A stretch of DNA of 64,000 nucleotides from Acidobacteriota bacterium (GTDB lineage: Bacteria > Acidobacteriota > UBA6911 > RPQK01 > JAJDTT01): the NCBI GenBank assembly GCA_965263035.1, contig OZ253580.1, positions 4,224,001 through 4,288,000 on the forward strand, written 5' to 3'. A model generated the notes under the pieces. That model was not told where the DNA came from. It did not search any database and was given only the letters and a program-made list of their open reading frames with translations. Of this stretch, positions 20,737 through 30,608 are shown in pieces. Position 1 is the first letter of the stretch, and every line of letters begins with the position of its first letter. The translations under genes and the position numbers were made by a program.

Positions 20737-21882
20737 TTACTTCCCGGATTCCGGCTTGATGAAGAATACGTGCGTGTTCGTGTCGAGGCCGTCGTAGACG
20801 ATGCTGAACTGGACCATCAGTTCGTTGGGAACGTCGTCGGCATACTTGTTGATGACGCAGTTGTGACTGTATCCGTCGGCGTGTCTCCGATCGCCGCTGA
20901 CGATGATTCCGCTCCCCCAGTTGATGCCGTCGTCGGACTGGTAGAGGACGAAACGGTCGGTCCCTTCGCCGTATTGGCCCGACCTTCCGTGCAGATAGTA
21001 TTTGCCGGCCAGATAGGCCAGTTCGGGATCCCGAACCTTCTTGTCCAGATAGGCTCGCCGTTGTTCGGTCCAGGTCCTCCCCTGATCCCGGCTGATGCAG
21101 TAGTAGAGATGGTTTTCGTCCTTCTCGGTGTAGGCGCCGGCCAGCAGGCGGCCGTCCTCCATGATGCACAGGGCGCCGTACCATTTGTCGTCGTCCAGCG
21201 GCAGGGTGCTTCTCCTGCGCCAGCTCCGTCCGTCGTCGGTGCTGACGTACAGGACGTGGGGACCGCTGCTGATGTCGTACAGGACGAAGTTGGCGCCGCC
21301 CGTCACTCCCACCGCGCAGGGATACCCGACGAAATCTCCGTCGAGGGGTTCGTAGTCGATCCAGGAGGCGCCGTGGTCACGGCTTCTCATGAATCCGCTC
21401 CGGCTCCTTCCCTTGTCGACATGCGTGAGAAAAAGGACGGTGACTCCGTTACTGGTCGTCAGCCCTTCTTCTACGATCACCGGCCGTTTCGGATCTTTCT
21501 TGTAGGCCGCATGGGAATACTCGAACTTGTTGTATCTGGTCCAAGTTCTGCCGCCGTCCTTGCTGAGGGCGTACTCGCTCCACCCGTCGGAGTTATGGTC
21601 GCTGGTGTTGGCGTAGAAGGCCGCGATGTGGCCGTTCGCGTATTCCAGACAGACCGGGCCTCCGTGTGAACACCGGCCCGGAGCGTCGTTCTCCAGGTCG
21701 GCGATGATGGTGCCGAAAATGTCGTCTCCGAGCCGGGTGGAAGGATCGTGATCGTAGATCGACGCCCCTTCGATGGGTTCATATTGGATGGCCTCTTGCC
21801 CGGATGCGGCGCCCTGGGCGAACGTCACGAGGGCGGGGCCGACCAGGAACAGGACAACGGAAACCGGTATCGATCGATTCAT
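20737..21882 (-). CDS. BNR/Asp-box (sialidase-family) protein
   Basis: Repeated S.D.G.TW boxes; signal peptide; RBS GAAAGGAG; paralog at 52878. Confidence 0.8.
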   Translation of the reverse strand: MNRSIPVSVVLFLVGPALVTFAQGAASGQEAIQYEPIEGASIYDHDPSTRLGDDIFGTIIADLENDAPGRCSHGGPVCLEYANGHIAAFYANTSDHNSDGWSEYALSKDGGRTWTRYNKFEYSHAAYKKDPKRPVIVEEGLTTSNGVTVLFLTHVDKGRSRSGFMRSRDHGASWIDYEPLDGDFVGYPCAVGVTGGANFVLYDISSGPHVLYVSTDDGRSWRRRSTLPLDDDKWYGALCIMEDGRLLAGAYTEKDENHLYYCISRDQGRTWTEQRRAYLDKKVRDPELAYLAGKYYLHGRSGQYGEGTDRFVLYQSDDGINWGSGIIVSGDRRHADGYSHNCVINKYADDVPNELMVQFSIVYDGLDTNTHVFFIKPESGK

Positions 21883-22001
21883 CGCGACTCCTTTCCCACA
21901 CGAGATCGCTCGATTCGGACCACCGGTCCAGCCATTGCCGGCGCCGCGGTCGCCATCGAGCCTTTTGGTACGGACTGTTAGAATAAACTCCAACATCTGC
22001 A

Positions 22002-24389
22002 ATGAGAAAATGTTCGTGGAATTTCTGCCCGCCCGGGGCTCGAATTCGTGATTCGGCGAGGCCGCCGGTCGTCTGCCTTGTGCTGCTGAATCTCTTCTTG
22101 TCGCCTCTGGTCACAGCGGTCCCCTCTCAGAACTCCAAAGTCGACTTTCAGCGGCAGATTCGGCCGTTGCTGTCCGATACCTGTTTTCAGTGCCACGGTC
22201 CCGATCCCCAGGTCCGGGTGGCAGACCTGAGGCTCGATCTGCGAGAAAACATCTTCCAGGCCCGGACCTCCGGAGTGCCCGTCGTTCCGGGAGATCCGGA
22301 CAACAGCCTGATCTTTCGGCGCATCACACATGAAGACGCGAACCATCGCATGCCTCCCGCGTACTCGCAAAAGAGGCTGAGCGACGACCAGATCGATCTC
22401 ATCCGCCGTTGGATCGAGCAAGGAGCCGTCTGGCAGCAACATTGGGCGTTCATCGCGCCGCGGCGGCCCACCCTGCCTCAGGTGAAGGACAACTCCTGGC
22501 CCAGGCAGGATCTGGATCGCTTCGTCCTCAACCGCCTGGAAGCTGAAGGGCTGGATCCTGCGCCGGCCGCGGAAAAGAGCCGGATCCTGCGCCGAGTGAC
22601 CTTGGACCTGACCGGGCTGCCGCCGACCTTGGATGAACTGGACGCCTTCCTCGCCGACCCGTCGCCCGGCGCGTACGAGAAGGTCGTCGACCGGCTCCTG
22701 GCTTCGCCCCGGTATGGGGAACGCATGGCGGCGGTCTGGCTCGATCTGGCCCGATACGCCGACACCGACGGCTATCAGGACGACGAGCCTCGAACCATGT
22801 GGAGGTGGCGCGAATGGGTCGTCGACGCGCTGAACCAGAATCTGTCCTTCGACCAGTTCACGGTCCAGCAGTTGGCCGGGGATCTGCTCCCTGAGGCGAG
22901 TCCGGAGCAGAAACTGGCCACCGGCTTCCTTCGCAACAACCGCGTCAACGGTGAAGGCGGATCCATCGCCGACGAGTTCCGGGTCGAGTACGCCGTCGAT
23001 CGCGTCAACACCGTTTCGACCGCCTGGATGGGGCTCACGGTCGGCTGCGCGCGTTGTCACGATCACAAGTATGATCCCGTCTCCCAGACCGAGTTCTACC
23101 GTCTCTTCGCCTTCTTCAACGCCATCTCCGAGCCGGGCACCTATCGGCGGAGCGCCGCGCCCACCATCAAGGTGCCGCCGCGGGCCGTTCAGCTCCGATT
23201 GGATCGGATCCATCGCGAACTTCAGGTCCTGGAGCGGAGTTCACCCGCGTACGCCGCGCTCGAGGCACAGCATCAACGCTTCTGGGAACAGGTCCCCGCA
23301 ACCATGATCATGCGGGACGACCAGGCTCGAGAGACATTCGTTCTGGGACGCGGACAATACGATCAGCCAGGGGCCAAGGTAACCCCGGGCGTCCCCAGGG
23401 TGCTGCCACCGCTGCCCCCCGGCGTCCCGGCCAATCGTCTGCTCCTGGCACGGTGGCTGGTGGATCCGGCCCATCCACTCACCGCCCGTGTGGCGGCGAA
23501 CCGATTGTGGCAGTTGCACTTCGGCTCGGGACTGGTGCCGACGCCCGAGGATTTCGGGGCGCAGGGGGAGCCCCCGACACATCCACTCCTGCTGGACTGG
23601 CTGGCCAGCGAGCTGATTCGACTGCAATGGGACAGCAAGGCTTTCCAGCGGATGATCGTGACCAGCGCGACCTACCTGGAGTCGTCGAAGCTCACGCCGG
23701 CACTGCTCCAGAAGGATCCGGCCAACCGCCTTCTGGCGCGGGGTCCCCGGTTGCGTCTGCCCGCGGAGATGATTCGGGATCAGGCCCTGGCGGTGAGCGG
23801 GCTGCTGGTCGAGTCGGTGGGAGGGCCGTCGGTCAAGCCGTATCAGCCGGAGGCCATCTGGGACGAGATCGCCGGCGGAGCGTCCGGCGCCTACAAGAAA
23901 GGCTACGAGCAGGGGACCGGCGACCATCTCTACCGTCGCAGCCTCTACTCTTTCTGGAGGCGCACCATCCATCCTCCCGGGATGGAGGTGTTCGATGCTC
24001 CGAGCCGCGAGGTCTGTACGGCCCGGCGCGAGCGGACCAACACGCCCCTCCAGGCGTTGACGCTCATGAACGACGTGACCTACGTCGAGGCGGCGCGTGC
24101 TCTCGCCCAGCGTCTGATCCGGGAGGGAGGTTCGACCGATCGGGAGCGGGTCGATTTCGGTTTCCGCCTGGTCACTTCGCGGCAGCCCCAGCCTGCGGAA
24201 ATCGAGGTGCTGACGCGCGGTCTGCAGCGTCATCGGTCGACCTACGAGAACGACCCCGAGGCTGCCCGGAGACTGGCTCAGGTCGGTCAGTCCCCTTTGG
24301 ATCCTGGGATGGACACCGTCGAACTGGCTGCCCACACGGCCCTCGCGAACGGCCTCCTGAACCTGGACGAGACCATTCACCGGGAATGA
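22002..24389 (+). CDS. Planctomycete cytochrome c/DUF1549/DUF1553 (PSD1) protein
   Basis: CFQCHG, CARCHDHKYDP, WLDLARYADT, TNTPLQAL; exact start uncertain. Confidence 0.88.
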   Translation: MRKCSWNFCPPGARIRDSARPPVVCLVLLNLFLSPLVTAVPSQNSKVDFQRQIRPLLSDTCFQCHGPDPQVRVADLRLDLRENIFQARTSGVPVVPGDPDNSLIFRRITHEDANHRMPPAYSQKRLSDDQIDLIRRWIEQGAVWQQHWAFIAPRRPTLPQVKDNSWPRQDLDRFVLNRLEAEGLDPAPAAEKSRILRRVTLDLTGLPPTLDELDAFLADPSPGAYEKVVDRLLASPRYGERMAAVWLDLARYADTDGYQDDEPRTMWRWREWVVDALNQNLSFDQFTVQQLAGDLLPEASPEQKLATGFLRNNRVNGEGGSIADEFRVEYAVDRVNTVSTAWMGLTVGCARCHDHKYDPVSQTEFYRLFAFFNAISEPGTYRRSAAPTIKVPPRAVQLRLDRIHRELQVLERSSPAYAALEAQHQRFWEQVPATMIMRDDQARETFVLGRGQYDQPGAKVTPGVPRVLPPLPPGVPANRLLLARWLVDPAHPLTARVAANRLWQLHFGSGLVPTPEDFGAQGEPPTHPLLLDWLASELIRLQWDSKAFQRMIVTSATYLESSKLTPALLQKDPANRLLARGPRLRLPAEMIRDQALAVSGLLVESVGGPSVKPYQPEAIWDEIAGGASGAYKKGYEQGTGDHLYRRSLYSFWRRTIHPPGMEVFDAPSREVCTARRERTNTPLQALTLMNDVTYVEAARALAQRLIREGGSTDRERVDFGFRLVTSRQPQPAEIEVLTRGLQRHRSTYENDPEAARRLAQVGQSPLDPGMDTVELAAHTALANGLLNLDETIHRE

Positions 24390-25867
24390 GAAAACCGATG
24401 GCTTCTCCCGCGCATCCGATCGCCAACGCCCGGCAGCTGTTGACCCGCCGACACTTCTTTGGCCGGTCGGGGATGGGAATCGGCGCCGTAGCGCTGAGCT
24501 CACTGCTGTCGGAGGACCTCCTGGCCGCCCCCCGACGAAGTCCCGGAGCAGCGGCCGGTGCGGCAGGCCTACCCCACTTCGAGCCCAGGGCCAAGCGGGT
24601 GATCTACCTGTGCCAGGCTGGCGGACCGGCCCAGATGGACCTCTTCGACTACAAGCCGGGCCTGCGGGAAATGTTCGACGTCGATTTCCCCGACTCGGTG
24701 CGGAAGGGTCAGCGCCTGACCACCATGACCTCGGGCCAGGATCGTTTCCCGTTGGTGCCGTCCATTTTCGAATTCCGCCGGCATGGGGAGTGCGGCGCCT
24801 GGGTCAGCGAGTTGCTTCCGCACACGGCCGGCGTGGTCGATCGACTCTGCCTGATCAAGTCGATGCACACGGATGCCATCAACCACGATCCCGCCATCAC
24901 GCTGATGCAGACCGGCTCCGAGCGGTCGGGCCGCCCGAGTCTGGGGGCTTGGCTCTCCTATGGGTTGGGAAGCGCGAACCGGGACCTGCCCACCTTCGTG
25001 GTCATGACCTCCAACTCCAAGAAGGGGTCGCAGCCGCTGTACAAGCGCTTGTGGGGCAGTGGCTTCCTGCCCACCCGGCACCAGGGGGTGAGGTTCCGCG
25101 GCGTCGGCGATCCGGTCCTGTACCTCTCCAATCCGCCGGGGATGGACAGCGTCACCCGGCGGCACATACTGGACGACATCGCCCGGTTGAACGAGTTGAA
25201 GCAGGCCGAGTTCGGAGACCCTGAGATCGCCACCCGAATCGCCCAGTACGAGCTGGCGTTTCGGATGCAGACCTCGGTTCCCGAGCTGACGGACCTGTCC
25301 GATGAACCGGAGCATATTTTTCGGCTCTACGGAGACGACGCTCGAGAACGGGGCACCTACGCGTCCCATTGCCTGATGGCCCGGCGGCTGGTGGAGCGAG
25401 GGGTGCGCTTCGTTCAGCTGTTCCACCGGGGCTGGGATCAGCACCGGGACCTGCCGCGGGACCTGAGGGGCCAGTGCCAGGCCACCGATCGGGCCACGGC
25501 CGCCCTGATCCTGGATCTGGAGCAACGAGGCATGCTTGAGGACACCCTCATCGTCTGGGGCGGCGAATTCGGACGGACCATCTACTGCCAGGGAGATTTG
25601 ACCAAGGAGAACTACGGGCGGGACCATCATCCGCGCTGCTTTACCATGTGGCTGGCCGGAGGCGGGGCCTCGGGCGGTCTGAGCTACGGCGAAACGGACG
25701 ACTTCAGCTACAATATCGTGAAGGATCCGGTACCGGTCCACGACCTGAACGCCACCATCCTGCATCTCCTGGGAATCGACCATCTGCGGCTGACGTTCAA
25801 GTTCCAGGGCCGAGACCACCGGCTGACGGACGTGCACGGCAAGGTGCTGAAACCGCTCCTGGCCTGA
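24386..25867 (+). CDS. DUF1501 (sulfatase-like) protein with Tat signal
   Basis: TRRHFF; GGP.Q.DLFDYKP, WGGEFGRT, GRDHHP; ATGA overlap with the upstream gene. Confidence 0.9.
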   Translation: MRKPMASPAHPIANARQLLTRRHFFGRSGMGIGAVALSSLLSEDLLAAPRRSPGAAAGAAGLPHFEPRAKRVIYLCQAGGPAQMDLFDYKPGLREMFDVDFPDSVRKGQRLTTMTSGQDRFPLVPSIFEFRRHGECGAWVSELLPHTAGVVDRLCLIKSMHTDAINHDPAITLMQTGSERSGRPSLGAWLSYGLGSANRDLPTFVVMTSNSKKGSQPLYKRLWGSGFLPTRHQGVRFRGVGDPVLYLSNPPGMDSVTRRHILDDIARLNELKQAEFGDPEIATRIAQYELAFRMQTSVPELTDLSDEPEHIFRLYGDDARERGTYASHCLMARRLVERGVRFVQLFHRGWDQHRDLPRDLRGQCQATDRATAALILDLEQRGMLEDTLIVWGGEFGRTIYCQGDLTKENYGRDHHPRCFTMWLAGGGASGGLSYGETDDFSYNIVKDPVPVHDLNATILHLLGIDHLRLTFKFQGRDHRLTDVHGKVLKPLLA

Positions 25868-25899
25868 GTGGGGGGTGCCGAGAATTGAGAAGAACGACG

Positions 25900-25955
25900 G
25901 GAGCGGCGACTTTCTTGTCGCCGACAGGGGGGATTAGGGGGGGCTGAGTCCCCCT
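25900..25955 (-). repeat. Unoccupied REP family 1 site, identical to the intron target
   Basis: Reverse complement reads CGGCGACAAGAAAGTCGCCGCTCC. Confidence 0.85.
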
Positions 25956-26531
25956 CCGCCTCTTCCAAAGTCCGGAGCAGGCGATTAGAATGTCCTGTCC
26001 CTATGTTTTCCTCAGAAGAGGAGACTGAGGGGTGGCTCCGCCCCCTTCGATACCCCCTAAGCCCGCGTTTCGGCGGAGTTTTCGGGAGAAACCCACTCCC
26101 ATTTTCCCCGGCCCGACGCGTTGTGATGACTGACCACCGCTACGTCACCACTGGTGTCCACGTATCGCCAACGGAACCCACCGATTAGCAGGCCAACGCC
26201 ACCGCCGTCTCGCCGTCGGCAGTGCTATGCGAGGTTATGGCAGGTGTCCGGACATGTACCGCCGCAGGTGCCCGGCGAGCGTCCCCGACTCGCGTACGGT
26301 GCGGCCACATACTTTGCTGAAGAGGCCGTTATCACGAGACGGAATCGCTCCACCGATCCGCCGCGCCTCCACCGGCAATCGACAGCGGGTGACGCGCCAC
26401 GAATTGCGCGCAGCTGGGGCGGTTCCTCGGGTGCACTCTCCACGCCTTCGCGCTATAGTGATTTGCCTTTGGGATGGAAACCGAAGAGCGCAGAATACTC
26501 GCTACCACAACTACATGGCTAAGTAAGCTAG

Positions 26532-26690
26532 GAGTCTGCGCGGTAGAAATGATCGTAGCGAGAAAGTGGGGAATCGAGGCCAGATTTTCTCGATTTGGAG
26601 GTGCATAGTTGTTCTATTCGCCGAGAAATCGAGGAAATATGGACCGATTCTACCGCTTTCGCAGTAGATCAATTTCTGCGGCGCAGGCTC
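26532..26690. mobile_element. 159-bp MITE, copy 2 (inverted)
   Basis: TIRs GAGTCTGCGCGGTAGAAAT/ATTTCTGCGGCGCAGGCTC; CTAG duplication on both sides. Confidence 0.85.
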
Positions 26691-26813
26691 CTAGGAACTA
26701 TGAAGCATGAGTCGCCCGGCCTCAGCACGATTCACAAGTGGAGCGCCGAAGCCGACCCGCGAACCTAGAGCCGAGAGGAGGGATCCATCAGCTCTGGGTC
26801 TAAGGAGGGCAGC

Positions 26814-28030
26814 TTGAGTACGGGCAGTAGCAGAATCGAGAGTGCTTCGCTACGACTCGCGCGGTACTTGAAGGAGTTCGTTGGCCTCCGCAGTACGACT
26901 GTTCGTGATGTCGACAAGTACGATTCCGTGCTCTGGTTCGACGAGATGCCGCAAACGGCGGACTGCCACAGTGGTGCCTGGACCGACGACTACGATCTGG
27001 CAAAGCCTTGGCTCGAGGTTCGCAAGCAAAAGTTCGAGAACCCGCCAGAGCCACCCGACATCACCGTGAAATGGATCGACGCCGAGGCTCTCTACAAGGC
27101 GACGCCGAGTATTACGCCACTACGTCCGAGCATCTTGGAGGAAGACACGGACATCGATCTGGGGGAGGGCGAGACACCGCCGCTCGTCGAGCGACCACTG
27201 GTGGACTACCCGGAAGTTGTCGAGGCGTATCGGGCCTTTCGGCCGAAGTGGGAGGCGTGGGCGGCAGAACATCGCCGTCGTGAGGCGGTGCAGCATCTCT
27301 ATGCTGAACTCTTCAGGCTTTATTCGCAGTTGCAGAAGCAGAGCGAGATCGTCGAGGTCGTCCTCGGGCTTGGCCTGATGGACTGGCGGGCTACGAACGG
27401 TGTTAGGTCGATTCGGATTCGCCGCCACGCGGTGGCTGGGCAGGTCGAGTTGACCTTTGATCCGGGTAGCGGTGTCATTCGCGTAGGCGCCCCCGGTGAG
27501 GGGACGAACCTGCGAGTCGAAGATGACATGCTCGAGGCCGAACTCCGACCTGATCGATCATGCTATGACGCGGTCGAAGCGCAGCTTGACGAGGTGGGTG
27601 ACGCGATCTGGGACAAGTCGCTCATTCATGCTCCGCTAAAGACCTGGGCGGGGGCACTCAGCCCCGACACGGAGTGGTCGGAGGGACTCGGTGCCAAGCA
27701 GTCAACTGGCAATGACCCTGTCGTGAGCTTTGCGCCGGCCCTGATCCTTCGCAAGCGCCTCCAGACTGGCATGGTCCGTATCTACGAGAAACTGATTCAG
27801 AACCTTGAGGACGAATCCGGCGAAGTGCCTCGCGGTTGGGGCGAGCTGACTGATGACGACTGGGGAAATGGAGGTGGGAAGGCTACCGGGCACGATGGCC
27901 GAGATGTGACGCCTGCTGGCGGCACGCCGTCACTGTCAGAAATATACTTCCCGTTGTTAGCTAACCGGGAGCAGCGGCGTATCGTCAATGCAATCGACGA
28001 CAATCAGGGAGTGCTGGTTCAGGGTCCACC
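26814..28030 (+). pseudogene. 5' part of an interrupted SF1 helicase-nuclease gene
   Basis: RBS AAGGAGG + TTG; ends N.EQ..I...GVLVQGPP, the first half of Walker A. Confidence 0.9.
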
Positions 28031-28058
28031 CGATCCGGTGACATACTGCACCACCTTT

Positions 28059-30143
28059 CTACATCGTTGATGTCATGAGACTTAACTGTGACGCGTTGGT
28101 ACCTCGCGGAACTCTTCTGCCGCTTCGAATGGCCTCGGCGGCTCGTTGGACTGCTTCAGATCCCAAGTCCGAGTGCCGAATCTGCCAGGGGGCCGTGGCC
28201 ACCACCTGCCGTGCTGGCAGGAGTTTGCGGGCAACCAGCTTGCGTACGGAACTGGGGCTGATTCCCAGTTGCGAAGCCGCTTCTTGCATGTTGCAGAATT
28301 CGTGAGGGCGTTGCGAGAAGGCTGGGATGCGCCGATAGTTGCGCAAGCTGCGAACACGAGTCTTGTTCCAGCTGTGCCCTCGTCCCGTCTTCTTGCCCAT
28401 TCGGTTCAGGATCCGGGCAATCTGATCGTCACTCACCTGCCGGGCCAACTGGCGAACCAACTTCACCACGTCCTCCTCGGTGCGGTAGCGATGGCGACCG
28501 GTGGCGTTCTTTCGTACCTGCAGCCGCGTGTGTTTGCCCCCGCGCCAGCGGATGATCAACTCCACCTCCCGCCTACCCTGATCCACGCTCGCAATGATCT
28601 CTTCAATCAACGTGCGTGCGATCCGCTTCTTGATCCGATTGTCGGTGACGGCATCGGACCAGAGCGCTGGAAACCGCTCGGCTAGCCGGAGCAGTTCCAC
28701 TCGCTGCGGTCCCGGCGAACTCGACCGCTTCTGCCCGATCTGCTCCAGACGGGACTGCACTTGGCGCACACTGTTCAGGGCTTCGTTCCACTTCCGCTCC
28801 AGCGTCGAGGCTACCAGCCGGTTCTCCGGGTCGACTGCATCGTACTGTCGCTCAGCCCGTCTTGCCTGGTAGCGCAACTGCTCGAGTTCGCGCTCCAGGA
28901 GTTCTCGTTTCAACTGGTCTCGCTCGGTGGCTTCCTCTTGCACTCGCAGAGCCGCCTCGATCGCGCCTGGGGAAACCACTCGCACGATCTCGCGCCCCAC
29001 GGCTTGGTCGACCCTGCGTCCGCCAAACGAGATGCAACCCGCGACGCCGTGGTTGATCCGCGCCCCTCGGCAATGGTAGCGGGGGACTCGTCCCCCAACT
29101 CCACTGTAGGCCACGTGCAGCCGGCGACCGCAGTGCCCACACAGCAGCAGACCCGCCAGCAAACTCTTTCCCGAACGAACGGCTCCCTTCGCCATTTTGC
29201 CTCGCATCTGTGCGTTGTCGGCCAAGAGGCGTTGATTCGCTTCAAAGCTCGTCCAGTCGATGTAGCCCGGGTGATGCTCCTTGAGCCAGACCGTCCACTG
29301 TTCCGGGTGGGCCCGGGACCGAATCCGTTTGCGAGCTTGACCGTCCTTCAAGTAGGTCTCGGTCCAGGTGCGCCCCCAAGCATAGGCCCCCGCGTACAGG
29401 GGGTTCTTCAAGACCCTCAGCACGCTGCTGTAGACGGGCCGCTTCCACACCGTCTCCCAACCCCAAGCGGTGTGTCGTCTCACGGGCAACCGGATCCCTT
29501 CCTGCCGATACCACAGAAGAGTCTGCCGGGCACTGCCCGTCTCGGAGAATTTAGCAAACACCCCCTGAATGCTTTCCTGCACCCGGCGGTCCGGATCCTT
29601 CTCCAAACATCCGTTCGGGTTCAGAACGAACCCCACTGGCAATGAGGTGTACAGTTCTCCGCGAGCCGCTTTGCTGAGCAGTCCCTGTTGGGCACGCTGC
29701 CGGAGCAGGCTCAACTCTGCCTCGCTCATCGTTCCCTTCAACCCGAGAAGCAGTCGGTCGTTGCTGAGACGCGGATCGTACACGGCCTCGCTGTCGACGA
29801 TCAGGGTCCGCGTCAGCGAGCACAGGTCCAGCAATCGGTACCAGTCGGCATTGTTGCGAGCCAGTCGAGAGGCATCCAGACTGAAGATGGCCCCGCACCG
29901 TCCCAGGCTGACCTCGGCGGACAAGCGTTGAAAGCCCACCCGATCGACCGTAGTGGCCCCCGAACGCCCCTGATCCTCGTCGATCACCTCGACTTGGTTC
30001 CATCCGAGTTCTTCGGCTTTGGCCGCCAGCCGGTATTGCACCCGGCCACTCTCCTGGTGGTAACGAACCTGCCGCAGGCTCGACTGGCGCACGTAGACGT
30101 AGGCTTGGCGTCTCAGGTGATCCTCAGTGATCTTTCCTCTCAT
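28059..30143 (-). CDS. Large serine recombinase (resolvase + recombinase + Zn ribbon + C-terminal HTH)
   Basis: YVRQSS catalytic Ser, DEDQGRSG, SRLARN, CGHCG zinc ribbon, coiled coil. Confidence 0.93.
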   Translation of the reverse strand: MRGKITEDHLRRQAYVYVRQSSLRQVRYHQESGRVQYRLAAKAEELGWNQVEVIDEDQGRSGATTVDRVGFQRLSAEVSLGRCGAIFSLDASRLARNNADWYRLLDLCSLTRTLIVDSEAVYDPRLSNDRLLLGLKGTMSEAELSLLRQRAQQGLLSKAARGELYTSLPVGFVLNPNGCLEKDPDRRVQESIQGVFAKFSETGSARQTLLWYRQEGIRLPVRRHTAWGWETVWKRPVYSSVLRVLKNPLYAGAYAWGRTWTETYLKDGQARKRIRSRAHPEQWTVWLKEHHPGYIDWTSFEANQRLLADNAQMRGKMAKGAVRSGKSLLAGLLLCGHCGRRLHVAYSGVGGRVPRYHCRGARINHGVAGCISFGGRRVDQAVGREIVRVVSPGAIEAALRVQEEATERDQLKRELLERELEQLRYQARRAERQYDAVDPENRLVASTLERKWNEALNSVRQVQSRLEQIGQKRSSSPGPQRVELLRLAERFPALWSDAVTDNRIKKRIARTLIEEIIASVDQGRREVELIIRWRGGKHTRLQVRKNATGRHRYRTEEDVVKLVRQLARQVSDDQIARILNRMGKKTGRGHSWNKTRVRSLRNYRRIPAFSQRPHEFCNMQEAASQLGISPSSVRKLVARKLLPARQVVATAPWQIRHSDLGSEAVQRAAEAIRSGRRVPRGTNASQLSLMTSTM

Positions 30144-30282
30144 CGGCGTCCTCCTTTTGCCCTCGCCAAGCCTGCTCCAGCAGCTGAGCCATCAGCCGCA
30201 GCAGTTGCTTCCTGGTCGAAGGGGGTAGCTGGTCCCACTCGGGCTGGTTGGGGGTTGCAAACGCGAACTCCTTTTGCTTCAT
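30124..30282 (-). CDS. 52-aa accessory protein upstream of the recombinase
   Basis: Own translation MKQKEFAFATPNQPEWDQLPPSTRKQLLRLMAQLLEQAWRGQKEDADERKDH; GGAGG RBS; below the ORF-track cutoff. Confidence 0.65.
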   Translation of the reverse strand: MKQKEFAFATPNQPEWDQLPPSTRKQLLRLMAQLLEQAWRGQKEDADERKDH

Positions 30283-30608
30283 GCCGTCCTCCGGGGGCAA
30301 CGTTGCCCCGGGTGGTCTGACAATCCGACTTCGACCCGAACGTCTCGATCAGGTCCAGAAGTTCTTGCAAGGCGCCGACGCTGCATCGCGGCTGGTCGTC
30401 GACCCGACCCACTGCCGCAGCTTCGGGCCGGCACATCCAGCGTGGGATCTTCGCGTGAGTACTGTCCGGTAGCCGGCAGGTGAACCACTCCCCACACTGG
30501 CCGTGACGAGGAGGCTCGGCCAGTTCAAGGTCTCGTCCGGCTAAGGGGTGAAAGGGGTAATGGATTCTAACGGAGGTCGCAATGTGAGCATTGTGTCGTG
30601 GGTTCGCC
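30140..30608 (-). CDS. DUF5372/Y4bD-like accessory gene body lacking its start in the integrated state
   Basis: Frame reads RHNAHIATSVRIHYPFHPLAG...IPRWM; no ATG/GTG/TTG until 30436; start supplied by 28044 on circularisation. Confidence 0.7.

Larger units (their letters stand above)
28031..30608 (-). mobile_element. Large serine recombinase element (2578 bp) inserted at a CC core
   Basis: Removing it restores GPPGTGKS in frame; CC at 28029-28030 and 30607-30608; joined ends form an imperfect palindrome. Confidence 0.92.

Noticed and set aside
23453-24385. N-terminal extension of the DUF1501 ORF (similarly 48027-48869, 5596-6084)
   Set aside because: Overlaps genuine neighbouring genes; better starts exist downstream.
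26003-26526. Short ORFs upstream of the helicase island
   Set aside because: No RBS, motif or codon support; treated as non-coding or decayed.
30598-30608. GTG start making the 3' helicase half an independent gene
   Set aside because: The start lies inside the inserted element, has no evident RBS and begins mid-Walker A; low-level expression is not excluded.
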